A stretch of 56,134 nt of DNA from Myxococcales bacterium (GTDB taxonomy: Bacteria > Myxococcota_A > Polyangia > Haliangiales > SHYZ01). Location: the NCBI GenBank assembly GCA_009692535.1, contig SHYZ01000004.1, forward strand, positions 1 to 56,134, given 5' to 3'. A program made the position numbers and the translations under genes. Below the pieces are notes generated by a model. That model was given only the letters and a program-made list of their open reading frames with translations. It searched no databases and was not told where the DNA came from. Within the stretch, counting starts at the first letter, position 1, and each line of letters begins with the position of its first letter. Of this stretch, positions 20,741 to 33,926 are shown piece after piece.

Positions 20741-22150
20741 GTGAGCGAGCAGCGGCGGATCGCGGCGGCGTGCGCGTTGCTGCTTGGCACGACAGCGGCG
20801 ATCGCCTGGCTGCCGCGCCTCGCGGTGCCAAACGTCGCCAGCTACCTCGCACTCGCCGCGGGTGCCGCCGCAGCGTTCCTGGCACTGGTCGGGTTCGCCG
20901 ATCGCAACGCCCGCCGAGGCGCCCCGCTCCGCAACTCGCCCTTCTCGCCACGCCGATTGCTGTGGGGAGCGCTCCTGCTGCGGATCGCCGTCGTCGCCGC
21001 GCCGCCGTGGCTTTCGGACGATCTCTGGCGCTACCTCTGGGAAGGCCAGGTTCAGCGTGCCGGCTTCTCTCCGTACGTGCACGCACCCGACGATCCGGCG
21101 CTGTCGGAGCTGCGCGACGACCTGCACTCCCGCGTCGCATTCGGTTCGATTCCGGCCGTCTATCCACCCGCCGCGCAACTGCTCTTCCGCGCAACGCCGC
21201 CCTCGCCGTACCTCTGGAAGGCGCTGATCGCCGCGATCGATCTGGCGTTCGTGGCCTGGATGGTGCACCGGCTCGGTCGCGGCTCCGCGCACCGCGCGCT
21301 GCTCTACGCCTGGAACCCGCTGGTGCTGCTCGAGGGCGCCGCAAGCGGCCACGTCGATGCGCTGGCGTGGATGGCGACGGTCGTCGCTCTCGATCGCTTC
21401 GCGTCGCAGCGCACGGCGAGCGCGGCACGCGCGGTCGCGACCGGCGCTCTGGCCGGCATCGCCGGGATGCTGAAGCCACAGGGCTTCGTGGCGCTGCTCG
21501 GACTCCTGCGCGCGCCACGCCTCGCGACGCTGCTCGGCGCCGTCGTCGCGATCGCGCTCCCGTGGCTGCCGTTCGCGAGCGACGGTCTGCGCCTGTTCGA
21601 CGGCCTCGCCCGCTACGCCCACGACTGGGAGATGAACGGCCTGTGCTACCCGCCGTGCGTCCGCTTGGCAGAGCACGTGAAGGCGTGGCTCGAAGCACTG
21701 CCCGACACGTTCTCACTCTGGCGAGTGCGCGAGATCGGCTACGAGATCGTGCCGAACCAGCTGGGGCGCAAGCTCTCGACGCTGCTCTTCCTCGGCGTGG
21801 TCGCACTGCTGCTGCGGCGCTGGCGCGGTCGCGTGCTGCCGCTCGCGTTCTTCGTGATCGCCGCGTTCCTCGCGACGACGCCTGCGGTGCATCCGTGGTA
21901 CGTCGCCTGGCTCGCGGCCTTCCTGCCGTTCCTGCCCAACGGCGCCGGCCGCTTCGCGCTGGCGCTCACCGTGACGACGCTCGCGGCGCACGCGATTCCG
22001 GTGGCGCGACTCGCTGACGGCGCGTGGAGCGAGCCGCCCTGGATCGCGCTCACCACCTGGCTGGCGCCCTGCGCCCTGTTCGCGTGGTCGAGCTGGCGCG
22101 GCGAGTTTGCGCCGCTCGAAGCCGCGGATCGGACGATCGGTCGATCGTGA
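20741..22150 (+). CDS. Polytopic GT-C glycosyltransferase (GT87/DUF2029-like)
   Basis: LSDDLWRYLWEG, VYPP, YAWNPLVLLE-x4-GHVD, VHPWY; many TM segments. Confidence 0.8.
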   Translation: MSEQRRIAAACALLLGTTAAIAWLPRLAVPNVASYLALAAGAAAAFLALVGFADRNARRGAPLRNSPFSPRRLLWGALLLRIAVVAAPPWLSDDLWRYLWEGQVQRAGFSPYVHAPDDPALSELRDDLHSRVAFGSIPAVYPPAAQLLFRATPPSPYLWKALIAAIDLAFVAWMVHRLGRGSAHRALLYAWNPLVLLEGAASGHVDALAWMATVVALDRFASQRTASAARAVATGALAGIAGMLKPQGFVALLGLLRAPRLATLLGAVVAIALPWLPFASDGLRLFDGLARYAHDWEMNGLCYPPCVRLAEHVKAWLEALPDTFSLWRVREIGYEIVPNQLGRKLSTLLFLGVVALLLRRWRGRVLPLAFFVIAAFLATTPAVHPWYVAWLAAFLPFLPNGAGRFALALTVTTLAAHAIPVARLADGAWSEPPWIALTTWLAPCALFAWSSWRGEFAPLEAADRTIGRS

Positions 22151-22174
22151 CCCACGGCTCCGAGCGAAGACGCG

Positions 22175-23179
22175 TCAGCTCTTCATGATCGTGTCGAGCA
22201 ACTGCTGCGCCTGCGGCGGGATCTCCTGGCCGGTCTCCTTCACCTTGCCGGCGTACTTCTTCGCCGCCTCGGGATTCTTCAGGAACCGGTGGTTGAAGAA
22301 CGCGCCGTTCATGTAGAGCTGGAACGCGACGCTCATGTCCTTCAGCGGACCGAACGCATCGAGCTCGTCGATCTTCTTCGTGAACGGCGGGATCTTGTCG
22401 GGACCGTCGATCGACGACATCTCCGCCAGCACCACGCGCTCGAGCAGGCCGTGCTCATTCGTCGGATCGAGTGCGCGCGCCGCCGCCGTCGTCGCGTCGT
22501 CGAGCTGGCCCGCCTTCAACAACGCGTTCACGGCCTTCAGCTTGCGACCGGCCTTGTTCTCGGGGTCCGCCGCCAACGCGAGACGGACGATGGCGGCGAG
22601 CTTCAGCCCGAACGGCGAATCCTCCGGCAACGTCTCGAGCCTGACGATCGCGCCATCTAGAAGTGCGTCCTTCGCCGCGCCTTCCGCCGCCAGGACCGCC
22701 TTCTCGAGCTCCACGACCTCGGCGAGCGCCGCCTTGCCGGTCGCGCGCAACTCCCCCAGGTGCTTCACGTAGGCGTCGGGGCCGCCGGCCGCGTAGCCGG
22801 TCCGGCCGAAGACATCACCGTCGGCCGTCATCAGCAGGATGGTCGGGAAGCCGCGGATCGCGTACTTCGCCTGCAGCTCCTGGTTGCGTGCCATGTTCGG
22901 CACCTTGGCCACGATCTCCTCGGCGTGCGGGAAGTCGAGCGCGCAGAGGACGTACTGCTCGTTCGCCGCCTTCAGGAACTCGTCGTGGGCGAAGACCTCT
23001 TCGTGCAGCTTGATGCACCAGCCGCACCAGTCGGAACCGGTGAAGTCGACCAGCAGGTCCTTCCCAGCTTCCTTGGCAGCCTTCGCCGCCACGTCCCAAT
23101 CGGCGTTCCAGGCGGACTCACCCTCGGTTCCCGGCGCGGCCGCAAGCGCGGCCGCGGACAGCAGCAATTGGTTCAACAT
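22175..23179 (-). CDS. Secreted thioredoxin-fold protein
   Basis: FTGSDWCGWCIKL (CxxC), GFPTILL; ATG 23179 with AAGGA upstream and a signal-like N-terminus. Confidence 0.88.
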   Translation of the reverse strand: MLNQLLLSAAALAAAPGTEGESAWNADWDVAAKAAKEAGKDLLVDFTGSDWCGWCIKLHEEVFAHDEFLKAANEQYVLCALDFPHAEEIVAKVPNMARNQELQAKYAIRGFPTILLMTADGDVFGRTGYAAGGPDAYVKHLGELRATGKAALAEVVELEKAVLAAEGAAKDALLDGAIVRLETLPEDSPFGLKLAAIVRLALAADPENKAGRKLKAVNALLKAGQLDDATTAAARALDPTNEHGLLERVVLAEMSSIDGPDKIPPFTKKIDELDAFGPLKDMSVAFQLYMNGAFFNHRFLKNPEAAKKYAGKVKETGQEIPPQAQQLLDTIMKS

Positions 23180-23323
23180 CCGACGCGATTCCTTCGATGC
23201 GCCGGAGCGAGCGCTTCCCTGGGATTCCGGCACCTACCGGATCAGGCCCTGGAGAGTCGGCGACACGCGGCGATCGTGCGGCGACTGCGGAGCGTGAGAT
23301 TTCGGATACGACGCGGCGCGAAC

Positions 23324-24553
23324 TTAGTGACGCTGCTCCTTGGTGCCGGCACGCTCCTGCGCCAGCTCGCCGGCCACGACCGTGGCCAGCCGCTGGTACT
23401 GCTCGCGTCGGTTGTAGAGCTGCGCCGAGATGCGGAGCAGCCGCCGGGGAGGCGCCGGCCACAGGGGCAGCGGCAGCTCGATCTGGTGGCGCTCGAACAG
23501 GCGCAGTTGGAGCGGATCAAGGCCAAGCGGAGCGGCGCCGGGCTCCGGCTGGTCGGGCAGGACGATCGCCGCCAACGACCCCACCATCGATTCGGGGCAC
23601 GGTTCGGGCTGCGGCACCGCTTCCAGCAAGAGCCGCCGCCCCTCCAGCACCAGCGCGTGGTTGCGCCGCCGGATCTCGTCGAAGCCGCCCGGCACGAGAC
23701 CGGCCAGGAATTGCAGCGCCAGCGGGATCACCAGCCACGGTGTCGGATCGAAGGTGCCGGGCCAGTCGAATTCGAGCAGGAAGCGCGAGCGATCGGTGCG
23801 GCGGCTGTTGGCGCCGTGGCTGATCGCGAGCGGACGGATCGCCGCCTGCCGATCGCGGCGCACCCACAGCAGCGCCGAGCCCTTCGGCGTGCAAAGCCAC
23901 TTGTGGCAGTTGCCGGTGTAGTAGGCCGCGCCGAGCTGTTCCAAATCGAGCGCCACCTGCCCCGGTCCGTGCGCGCCATCGACCAGCGTGTCGACGCCGC
24001 GCGCCGCAAGTTCCCGCACGATCTGCTCGATCGGGAAGAGCAGGCCGGTCGGGCTCTGGATGTGGTCGACGAGCGCGAGGCGGGTGCGCGGAGTGACCTG
24101 CGCCAGGATCCGCTCGAGCACGATGTCGGGCGACGCGAGCGGGAACGGGACCTTGGCGACGACGACCGTCGCGCCGCACTGGCGGGCCACGAAATCGAGC
24201 GCGTTCCGGCTCGCGTTGTACTCCTGGTCGGTGGTCAAGAGCTCGTCGCCGGGTGCAAACGTGAGGCTGCGCAGGACGCTGTTCACGCCGGCGGTTGCGT
24301 TCGGGACGAGGGCAATGTCCTCGGGGCGGGCGCCGAGAAACGTTCCGAGCGCGCCGCGCGCCGCGTCGAGGTGGCGTTCGATCTCGCGATGGAGGAACAG
24401 GACTGGCTCGCGTTCGAGGCGGCGCTGCCATTCGTGCTGCGCCGCGAGGATCGGCGCCGGGCAGGCACCGAAGGAGCCGTGGTTCAGATAGGCGATGGCC
24501 GGATCGAGCGACCAATGGCGGGCGAGATCGACGGCAGGCAGCACGGGGATCAC
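23324..24553 (-). CDS. Class V PLP-dependent enzyme (isopenicillin N epimerase / C-S lyase-like)
   Basis: YLNHGSFGACP, NATAG, VDGAHGPG, GNCHKWL (PLP Lys); AGGAG RBS. Confidence 0.88.
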   Translation of the reverse strand: MIPVLPAVDLARHWSLDPAIAYLNHGSFGACPAPILAAQHEWQRRLEREPVLFLHREIERHLDAARGALGTFLGARPEDIALVPNATAGVNSVLRSLTFAPGDELLTTDQEYNASRNALDFVARQCGATVVVAKVPFPLASPDIVLERILAQVTPRTRLALVDHIQSPTGLLFPIEQIVRELAARGVDTLVDGAHGPGQVALDLEQLGAAYYTGNCHKWLCTPKGSALLWVRRDRQAAIRPLAISHGANSRRTDRSRFLLEFDWPGTFDPTPWLVIPLALQFLAGLVPGGFDEIRRRNHALVLEGRRLLLEAVPQPEPCPESMVGSLAAIVLPDQPEPGAAPLGLDPLQLRLFERHQIELPLPLWPAPPRRLLRISAQLYNRREQYQRLATVVAGELAQERAGTKEQRH

Positions 24554-24572
24554 GGGAACTCCTGGCGCGGTG

Positions 24573-24751
24573 AGCCCGGGTGATTCATGAGCCCCGTAGC
24601 GAGGCGACGGGATGTCGGTGCAGGACGAGAATGGAAATCGCGGCTCCGACGATGCGGGTCAAAAGACCCGCTGAGCAAGGAACGCGGTTTTCCGACGACG
24701 TCATGCGCCGACAGACCAAGCCGAAGTAGGGGTTCATGAATCATCCGGGCT
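24573..24751 (+). mobile_element. MITE-like palindromic element, copy 1 (179 bp)
   Basis: 23-bp terminal inverted repeats AGCCCGGGTGATTCATGAGCCCC / GGGGTTCATGAATCATCCGGGCT (21/23); internal hairpin GCGGGTC-AAAA-GACCCGC; second copy at 26624. Confidence 0.8.
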
Positions 24752-24815
24752 AGAACGTCCGCGCCGCTCGCGCGGTGCGGACGCAGAAGCGTAGCACGAG
24801 ACGCGCGCGCCTCAG

Positions 24816-26615
24816 GTGGAGCCGACCACGGTCTCGCGCGCGAAGCACCGACTCGTGATGGCGTCGCTGCTGCTGCTCGCGGCGTGGCTGCGGCTGCGCG
24901 CGATCGACTTCGGCCTGCCCTACCCGTTCGCCGCCATCGACGAGCACATCGTGACCGACCACGCGATCGGCTTCACGACCGGCGACCTGAATCCGCATTA
25001 CTTCGCCTACCCGTCCGGCTGCTTCCTGCTCCACTCGATCGCCTATCTGGGCGCGTTCCTGTTCGGGCCGCACGAGTCGCTGGCGGAGTTCCGCGATGCG
25101 TTCTGGGTCGCGCCGCAATCGTTGCTCCTGCTGAGCCGCTGGCTGACCGCGCTGCTGGCGATCGCGACGGTGTGGGCGGTCTCGCGTCTCGCCGCCGAGC
25201 TCGCGCGCACCGCCGGCTTTTGCGCGGCGCGCCGGCCCGCGGCGTGGTTCGCGGCGGCGGCGCTCGCGAGCTCGCACCTGCACGCGGCCAACTCGCGCTG
25301 GACCACAGTCGACGTGCCGATGCTGCTGGCCGCGACGATCGGCCTCGTGCTGGCGCTGCGCCATCTGCGGCGCGGCGGTCGCGGCACTGCGGCCGGCGCT
25401 GCCATCGCGATCGGGCTGGCAGCGTCGTGCAAGTACTACGGCGCGCTCTTCGCAATCGGGGTCGGTGTTGCCGTGGCCTGGCGCGCGTGGGTCGACAGCG
25501 CCACGGCAATTTCGTCGAGCGCGCTTCAAGGCAGACGCCATCGCGCACGACTCGTCGCGGTCGCGTTGGCGCGAGCAGCCGGCTGGACGATCGTGGCGTT
25601 CGTGGCGACGTCGCCCTTCGTCGTGCTCGACTTCGCGGCGTTTGAAAACGACTTCGCCGAACTCTCGAGACACATGGAGGGCGGCCACTTCGGCCACGAT
25701 CCGACCCGTTCCGGCGCCGCGGTCTACGCCGCGCACCTGGTCGGGCCGTGGATCGGCGCGTGGCTGGTCGTGCCGGCGGCGTTGGGAGCTTTGCTCGCCG
25801 CCACGCGCCGTGGCGCACGGATCGCGCTGCTGGTGATCGTGCTGCCGGCCGCCGTTCACTTCATGGTGATCGCCCGCTTCAAGGCGCAGCCGGTCGACTA
25901 TCTGCTCGGGCTCCTGCCGGCGTTGGTCGCGGTCGCGGGGCTGTTCGCGGCAGCGCTCGTCCGCCGAGTCGCCACCTCACGTGCCCCGCGCACCGCCTTC
26001 GCGGCGCTCGCCCTGCTGGCCGCCCCACTCGCGTTCGGCGTGCAGCATGCCCTTGATTTCACGAGCTACGTCGCGCGCGAAGACAGCCGCGTCGCCGCGC
26101 GGCGCTGGATCGAGGAGCACCTTCCGCCGGGCACACTCGTCGCCGCCGACACCTGGCTCGACCTCGAACTGACCACGGCCTGCCTCGAGCAGATGCGCGA
26201 CGCGCGTGCGCGGGAGCTCCTGCAACCGCCTGGCGCACCCCCCGAGATCCCGAAACGCCGGGCGCGCGACGAACCACTCGCAGCGCTCGACGCAAAACTC
26301 GCCGCCGCGCGTCTGCGGCCAAGCGGACGCGGGTTCGACTTCGGCTTCCTTTCACCACAAGTCGAGATCGGGCTGCGTGACGAACTGTTCGCGGTCATCC
26401 GCGAAAACGGCGGGCGCTGGCTGATCCTCGACGGCAGCCGCGCCGCACGCGCGCAACGCACCGGCGGCGACCAACTCGACCTCGCCGCGTGGTACCGCCG
26501 CCACATGAGCGGCCCGATGGTGGTCGCGCGCTTCGATCCGGCGGGCGGCACGATCAGCGGCCCAGCGCTCGTTGTGCTCGACCTGCGCCTCGATCCGGCA
26601 CTCGCGCCGAAGTGA
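24816..26615 (+). CDS. ArnT/PMT (GT39-like) membrane glycosyltransferase
   Basis: LRLRAIDFGLP..DE, LNPHYFAYP, SCKYYG, SPF; multiple TM helices; soluble C-terminal domain starting DSRVAARRWI. Confidence 0.8.
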   Translation: MEPTTVSRAKHRLVMASLLLLAAWLRLRAIDFGLPYPFAAIDEHIVTDHAIGFTTGDLNPHYFAYPSGCFLLHSIAYLGAFLFGPHESLAEFRDAFWVAPQSLLLLSRWLTALLAIATVWAVSRLAAELARTAGFCAARRPAAWFAAAALASSHLHAANSRWTTVDVPMLLAATIGLVLALRHLRRGGRGTAAGAAIAIGLAASCKYYGALFAIGVGVAVAWRAWVDSATAISSSALQGRRHRARLVAVALARAAGWTIVAFVATSPFVVLDFAAFENDFAELSRHMEGGHFGHDPTRSGAAVYAAHLVGPWIGAWLVVPAALGALLAATRRGARIALLVIVLPAAVHFMVIARFKAQPVDYLLGLLPALVAVAGLFAAALVRRVATSRAPRTAFAALALLAAPLAFGVQHALDFTSYVAREDSRVAARRWIEEHLPPGTLVAADTWLDLELTTACLEQMRDARARELLQPPGAPPEIPKRRARDEPLAALDAKLAAARLRPSGRGFDFGFLSPQVEIGLRDELFAVIRENGGRWLILDGSRAARAQRTGGDQLDLAAWYRRHMSGPMVVARFDPAGGTISGPALVVLDLRLDPALAPK

Positions 26616-26623
26616 CCGCCCCA

Positions 26624-26817
26624 AGCCCGGGTGATTCATGAGCCCCGTAGCGAGGCGACGGGATGTCGGTGCAGGACGCGGATGGAAATCGCGGCTCCGA
26701 CGATGCGGGTCAAAAGACCCGCTGAGGATGGAACGCGGTTTTCCGACGTTGCGAAGCACGTTCTAGTCATGCGCCGGCAGACCTAGCCGAAGTAGGGGCT
26801 CATGAATCGGCCGCGCT
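26624..26817 (+). mobile_element. MITE-like palindromic element, copy 2 (194 bp)
   Basis: Near-identical to 24573-24751 in the same orientation, with a net 15-nt internal insertion; TIRs 20/23. Confidence 0.8.
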
Positions 26818-26820
26818 AGA

Positions 26821-28359
26821 TCAGCCGCCGGTCGCGGTCGCCGGGTCGCGCGCCAAGAATCGACTGAGGCTCCGGCCCGACAAGAGCGAGGCGATGCCAA
26901 CGTAGAAGAAGCCGCCCGCAAAGAGCGACATGAACCCGACCACCATCCAGAGGCGCTCGGTCCAGCCGACCCAGATGATCGTGAGCATGTAGAAGCCGAA
27001 CGCGATCTCGACCCACGGCATGAGGCCCGCGAGGCTGGTGTAGCGGCGCTTCGCGGCCGGGAGCTTCGCGGCAACACCGGCTCTCTTCGCGGTCGCGGCG
27101 GCACCGTCGGTCACGTCGTACTTCGGGGTGCGCACGAACGGCGTCTCGTGGCCGCAGAGCGCCTCGATCACCGCCCGCGCGTTGTTGACCGCGAGCCCGA
27201 TTCCGAGCGCCAAGACGGCCGGCAGGAAGCGCAGCCCGCGCTTCCAGAACGGATCGACCTCGCGCTGCGCGGCGACGTAGAACGAGAGCACCGAGGCGGT
27301 CGCCAGCACGAACACCGACCAGTCGAAGAGCACGCTGCGCAGCCGATCGGGATCGGCCAGTCGCGCCTGCAGCGCCGGCAGCATCAGGACGCACATCGCC
27401 AGCATCAGCAGGTAGCTCAGGTTGGCAGTCAGGTGGAACGTCGCTTCGCTCTTCACCTTGAACGGCAGGTTGCTGCGCCAGACCGCCGGCAGGACCTTCA
27501 GCCCGGTCTGGATCGAGCCCTTGGCCCAGCGGTGTTGCTGCGCCTTGAACGCGGTCATCTCGACCGGCAGTTCTCCCGGCGCGGTGAAGTCGCGCAGGTA
27601 GACGAACTGCCACCCCTTCATCTGGGCGCGATACGAAAGGTCGAGATCCTCGGTGAGCGTGTCGTGCTGCCAGCCGCCGGCCGACTCGATGGCGCTCCTG
27701 CGCCAGACACCGCCGGTGCCGTTGAAGTTGAAGTGGCGGCCCGAGCGGTTCCGGGCGGTGTGCTCGATCACGAAGTGGCCGTCGAGCAGCATCGACTGCA
27801 GCCGCGTCAGCGTGCTGTAGTCGCGGTTCAGGTGGCCCCAGCGCACCTGCACCATCCCGATCTTCGGGTCGGTGAAGTAGTCGACGGTCTTCGCCAGCGT
27901 GTCTTGCAGCGGCAGGAAGTCGGCGTCGAAGATCGCGATGAACTCGCCCTTCGCGCGCTTCATACCGGCGGCGAGCGCGCCCGCCTTGAAGCCGGTCCGA
28001 TCGGTGCGGTGCAGGTAGACGATGTCGACACCGCGCGCGGCGATCTCATCGACCTTGCGGCGCGCGAGCTCCTGCGTCTCGTCGGTCGAGTCGTCCAGCA
28101 CCTGGATCTCGAACCGGTCGGCCGGCCACTCGATCCGCGCCACCGACTCGAGCAGCCGCTCGACGACGGTCGCCTCGTTGAAGAGTGGCAGCTGCACCGT
28201 GACCCGCGGCCGATCGGTGAAGCTTCCGGCCGGGACGGGGTTGTCGCGGCGGTGGCGGTAGTAGAGCCACATCAGCGCGTACCGGTGCAGCCCGTAGATC
28301 GAAAGCAACGCCAGCAAGGCGAAGTAGAGGATCAGGATCGTGTCGTGCCAGGACTTCAT
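26821..28359 (-). CDS. GT2 cellulose-synthase-like processive glycosyltransferase
   Basis: QLPLFNE, QVLDDSTD, GFKAGAL, IFDADF, TLTEDLDLS, QQHRW (D,D,D,QxxRW). Confidence 0.92.
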   Translation of the reverse strand: MKSWHDTILILYFALLALLSIYGLHRYALMWLYYRHRRDNPVPAGSFTDRPRVTVQLPLFNEATVVERLLESVARIEWPADRFEIQVLDDSTDETQELARRKVDEIAARGVDIVYLHRTDRTGFKAGALAAGMKRAKGEFIAIFDADFLPLQDTLAKTVDYFTDPKIGMVQVRWGHLNRDYSTLTRLQSMLLDGHFVIEHTARNRSGRHFNFNGTGGVWRRSAIESAGGWQHDTLTEDLDLSYRAQMKGWQFVYLRDFTAPGELPVEMTAFKAQQHRWAKGSIQTGLKVLPAVWRSNLPFKVKSEATFHLTANLSYLLMLAMCVLMLPALQARLADPDRLRSVLFDWSVFVLATASVLSFYVAAQREVDPFWKRGLRFLPAVLALGIGLAVNNARAVIEALCGHETPFVRTPKYDVTDGAAATAKRAGVAAKLPAAKRRYTSLAGLMPWVEIAFGFYMLTIIWVGWTERLWMVVGFMSLFAGGFFYVGIASLLSGRSLSRFLARDPATATGG

Positions 28360-28484
28360 GCCGTGGTGCTGAACCGCTCGCTTGACCCAATCGACGCCGC
28401 GTCACTCTGCGCCGTCAGATTCCGGGCCCATGGAAAACGCGGCATAGTAGCGCGCTCCCCTTTGACACCCAATCCACCCGCCCC

Positions 28485-32732
<4,248 letters not shown>

Positions 32733-32849
32733 CGATTCAGCTCGGCGCAAAACGGAAGTTTCGTCCGAACGGGGTTCCGCCACCCGCGCTTGTGCGCGCT
32801 CGCCGGCCGATACACGCGGCGGAGGCTGGCGGGAGGCGGACCGGAGCGC

Positions 32850-33911
32850 ATGGGTTGGGTCGCGACGTTGCTCGACCGAGTCGGCTGGCGCCCCCGAAGC
32901 GTCGACCGTGCCGTCATGCACCGACCCGCGCTGCGGGTGCCGATCGTCGAGCCGGTGGTCGCGCCGGCGGATGCCGGCGCCGATGCGGCGAAGCGCCAGC
33001 AGGAGCGCGAACGAGCCGATCTCGAGAAGTCGTTCCGCGCGGCCGTCGTCGACCGGATGTTCCAACGGGACGACCTCGACCTGCGGTTCGTCGAGGAGCT
33101 GGGGAGCTACCTCGGGAAGTCGCAGAACGAGTTCGCGCTGCCGCCGGCGGCTGCGTTCGACGTGGTGCGGATGATCGGCGACAGCGGCTACCTCGTGCGC
33201 AAGGTCGCCGCGGCAATCTCCTGCGACCCGACGCTCGCCGGCGCGGTGCTGTCGCTCGCAAACTCGCCGCTGCACAAGGGCGAGATCGGCGTCGACAGCG
33301 TGAATGGCGCCGTCGTGCGACTCGGCCAGCGCCACCTGCGGATGCTGCTGCTCGACATCGCGCTGCATTCGGCGAAGGTGCGCGGTCGCCCGTTCGAGGC
33401 GTTCTCCGCGGCGCTGTGGAAGCATTCGCTGCTCACGGCGAACTTGTCGCATCAGGTCGCGCAACTGGCGCGGATGGACCCGGACCAGGCCTACATGGCT
33501 GGCCTGTTCCACGACATCGGCAGCTTCGCCGTCATCGCCGCGGCCAGGCGCCTGGCGCAGCGACAAGAACGCAAGCTCTCGCCGCAGACGCTGCTGCAGT
33601 GCGTGCGCAGCTTCGGCTACGAAAAGAACGGCGCGATCGTCGCGCGCTGGCGCCTTCCCGACGCCGTGACGCGGGCCGTCACTCATCGCCGCGATCGCGC
33701 CGGCGCCGGCACTGCCGCCGGGCTCGCCGCCGTGATCCAACTGGCGAACGACCTGTCCCGGCCGCTCGGCGCCTGGGTCGAACCACGCGCGGTCGACTTG
33801 ACCCGCCATCCCGCAGTCGAACTGCTGCGGATCGACGTCGCACGACTGCCGGACACGAAGACGATGCTCGATCTGGCACAGAAAGTGGAGCGGGTAGGGC
33901 AGCTCGTCTGA
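32850..33911 (+). CDS. HDOD-domain signalling protein
   Basis: LPP, ISCDPTLAGAVLSLANSP, AVVRLG, LWKHS, AGLFHDIG, WRLP; GGAG RBS before ATG 32850. Confidence 0.88.
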   Translation: MGWVATLLDRVGWRPRSVDRAVMHRPALRVPIVEPVVAPADAGADAAKRQQERERADLEKSFRAAVVDRMFQRDDLDLRFVEELGSYLGKSQNEFALPPAAAFDVVRMIGDSGYLVRKVAAAISCDPTLAGAVLSLANSPLHKGEIGVDSVNGAVVRLGQRHLRMLLLDIALHSAKVRGRPFEAFSAALWKHSLLTANLSHQVAQLARMDPDQAYMAGLFHDIGSFAVIAAARRLAQRQERKLSPQTLLQCVRSFGYEKNGAIVARWRLPDAVTRAVTHRRDRAGAGTAAGLAAVIQLANDLSRPLGAWVEPRAVDLTRHPAVELLRIDVARLPDTKTMLDLAQKVERVGQLV

Positions 33912-33926
33912 CGCTAGCAGGAGGCC

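Noticed and set aside
24573-26817. CRISPR array or tRNA/att site explanation for the repeats
   Set aside because: Only two long copies 2 kb apart, with no spacer periodicity and no cloverleaf. No CRISPR array, tRNA or rRNA was seen anywhere in the window.
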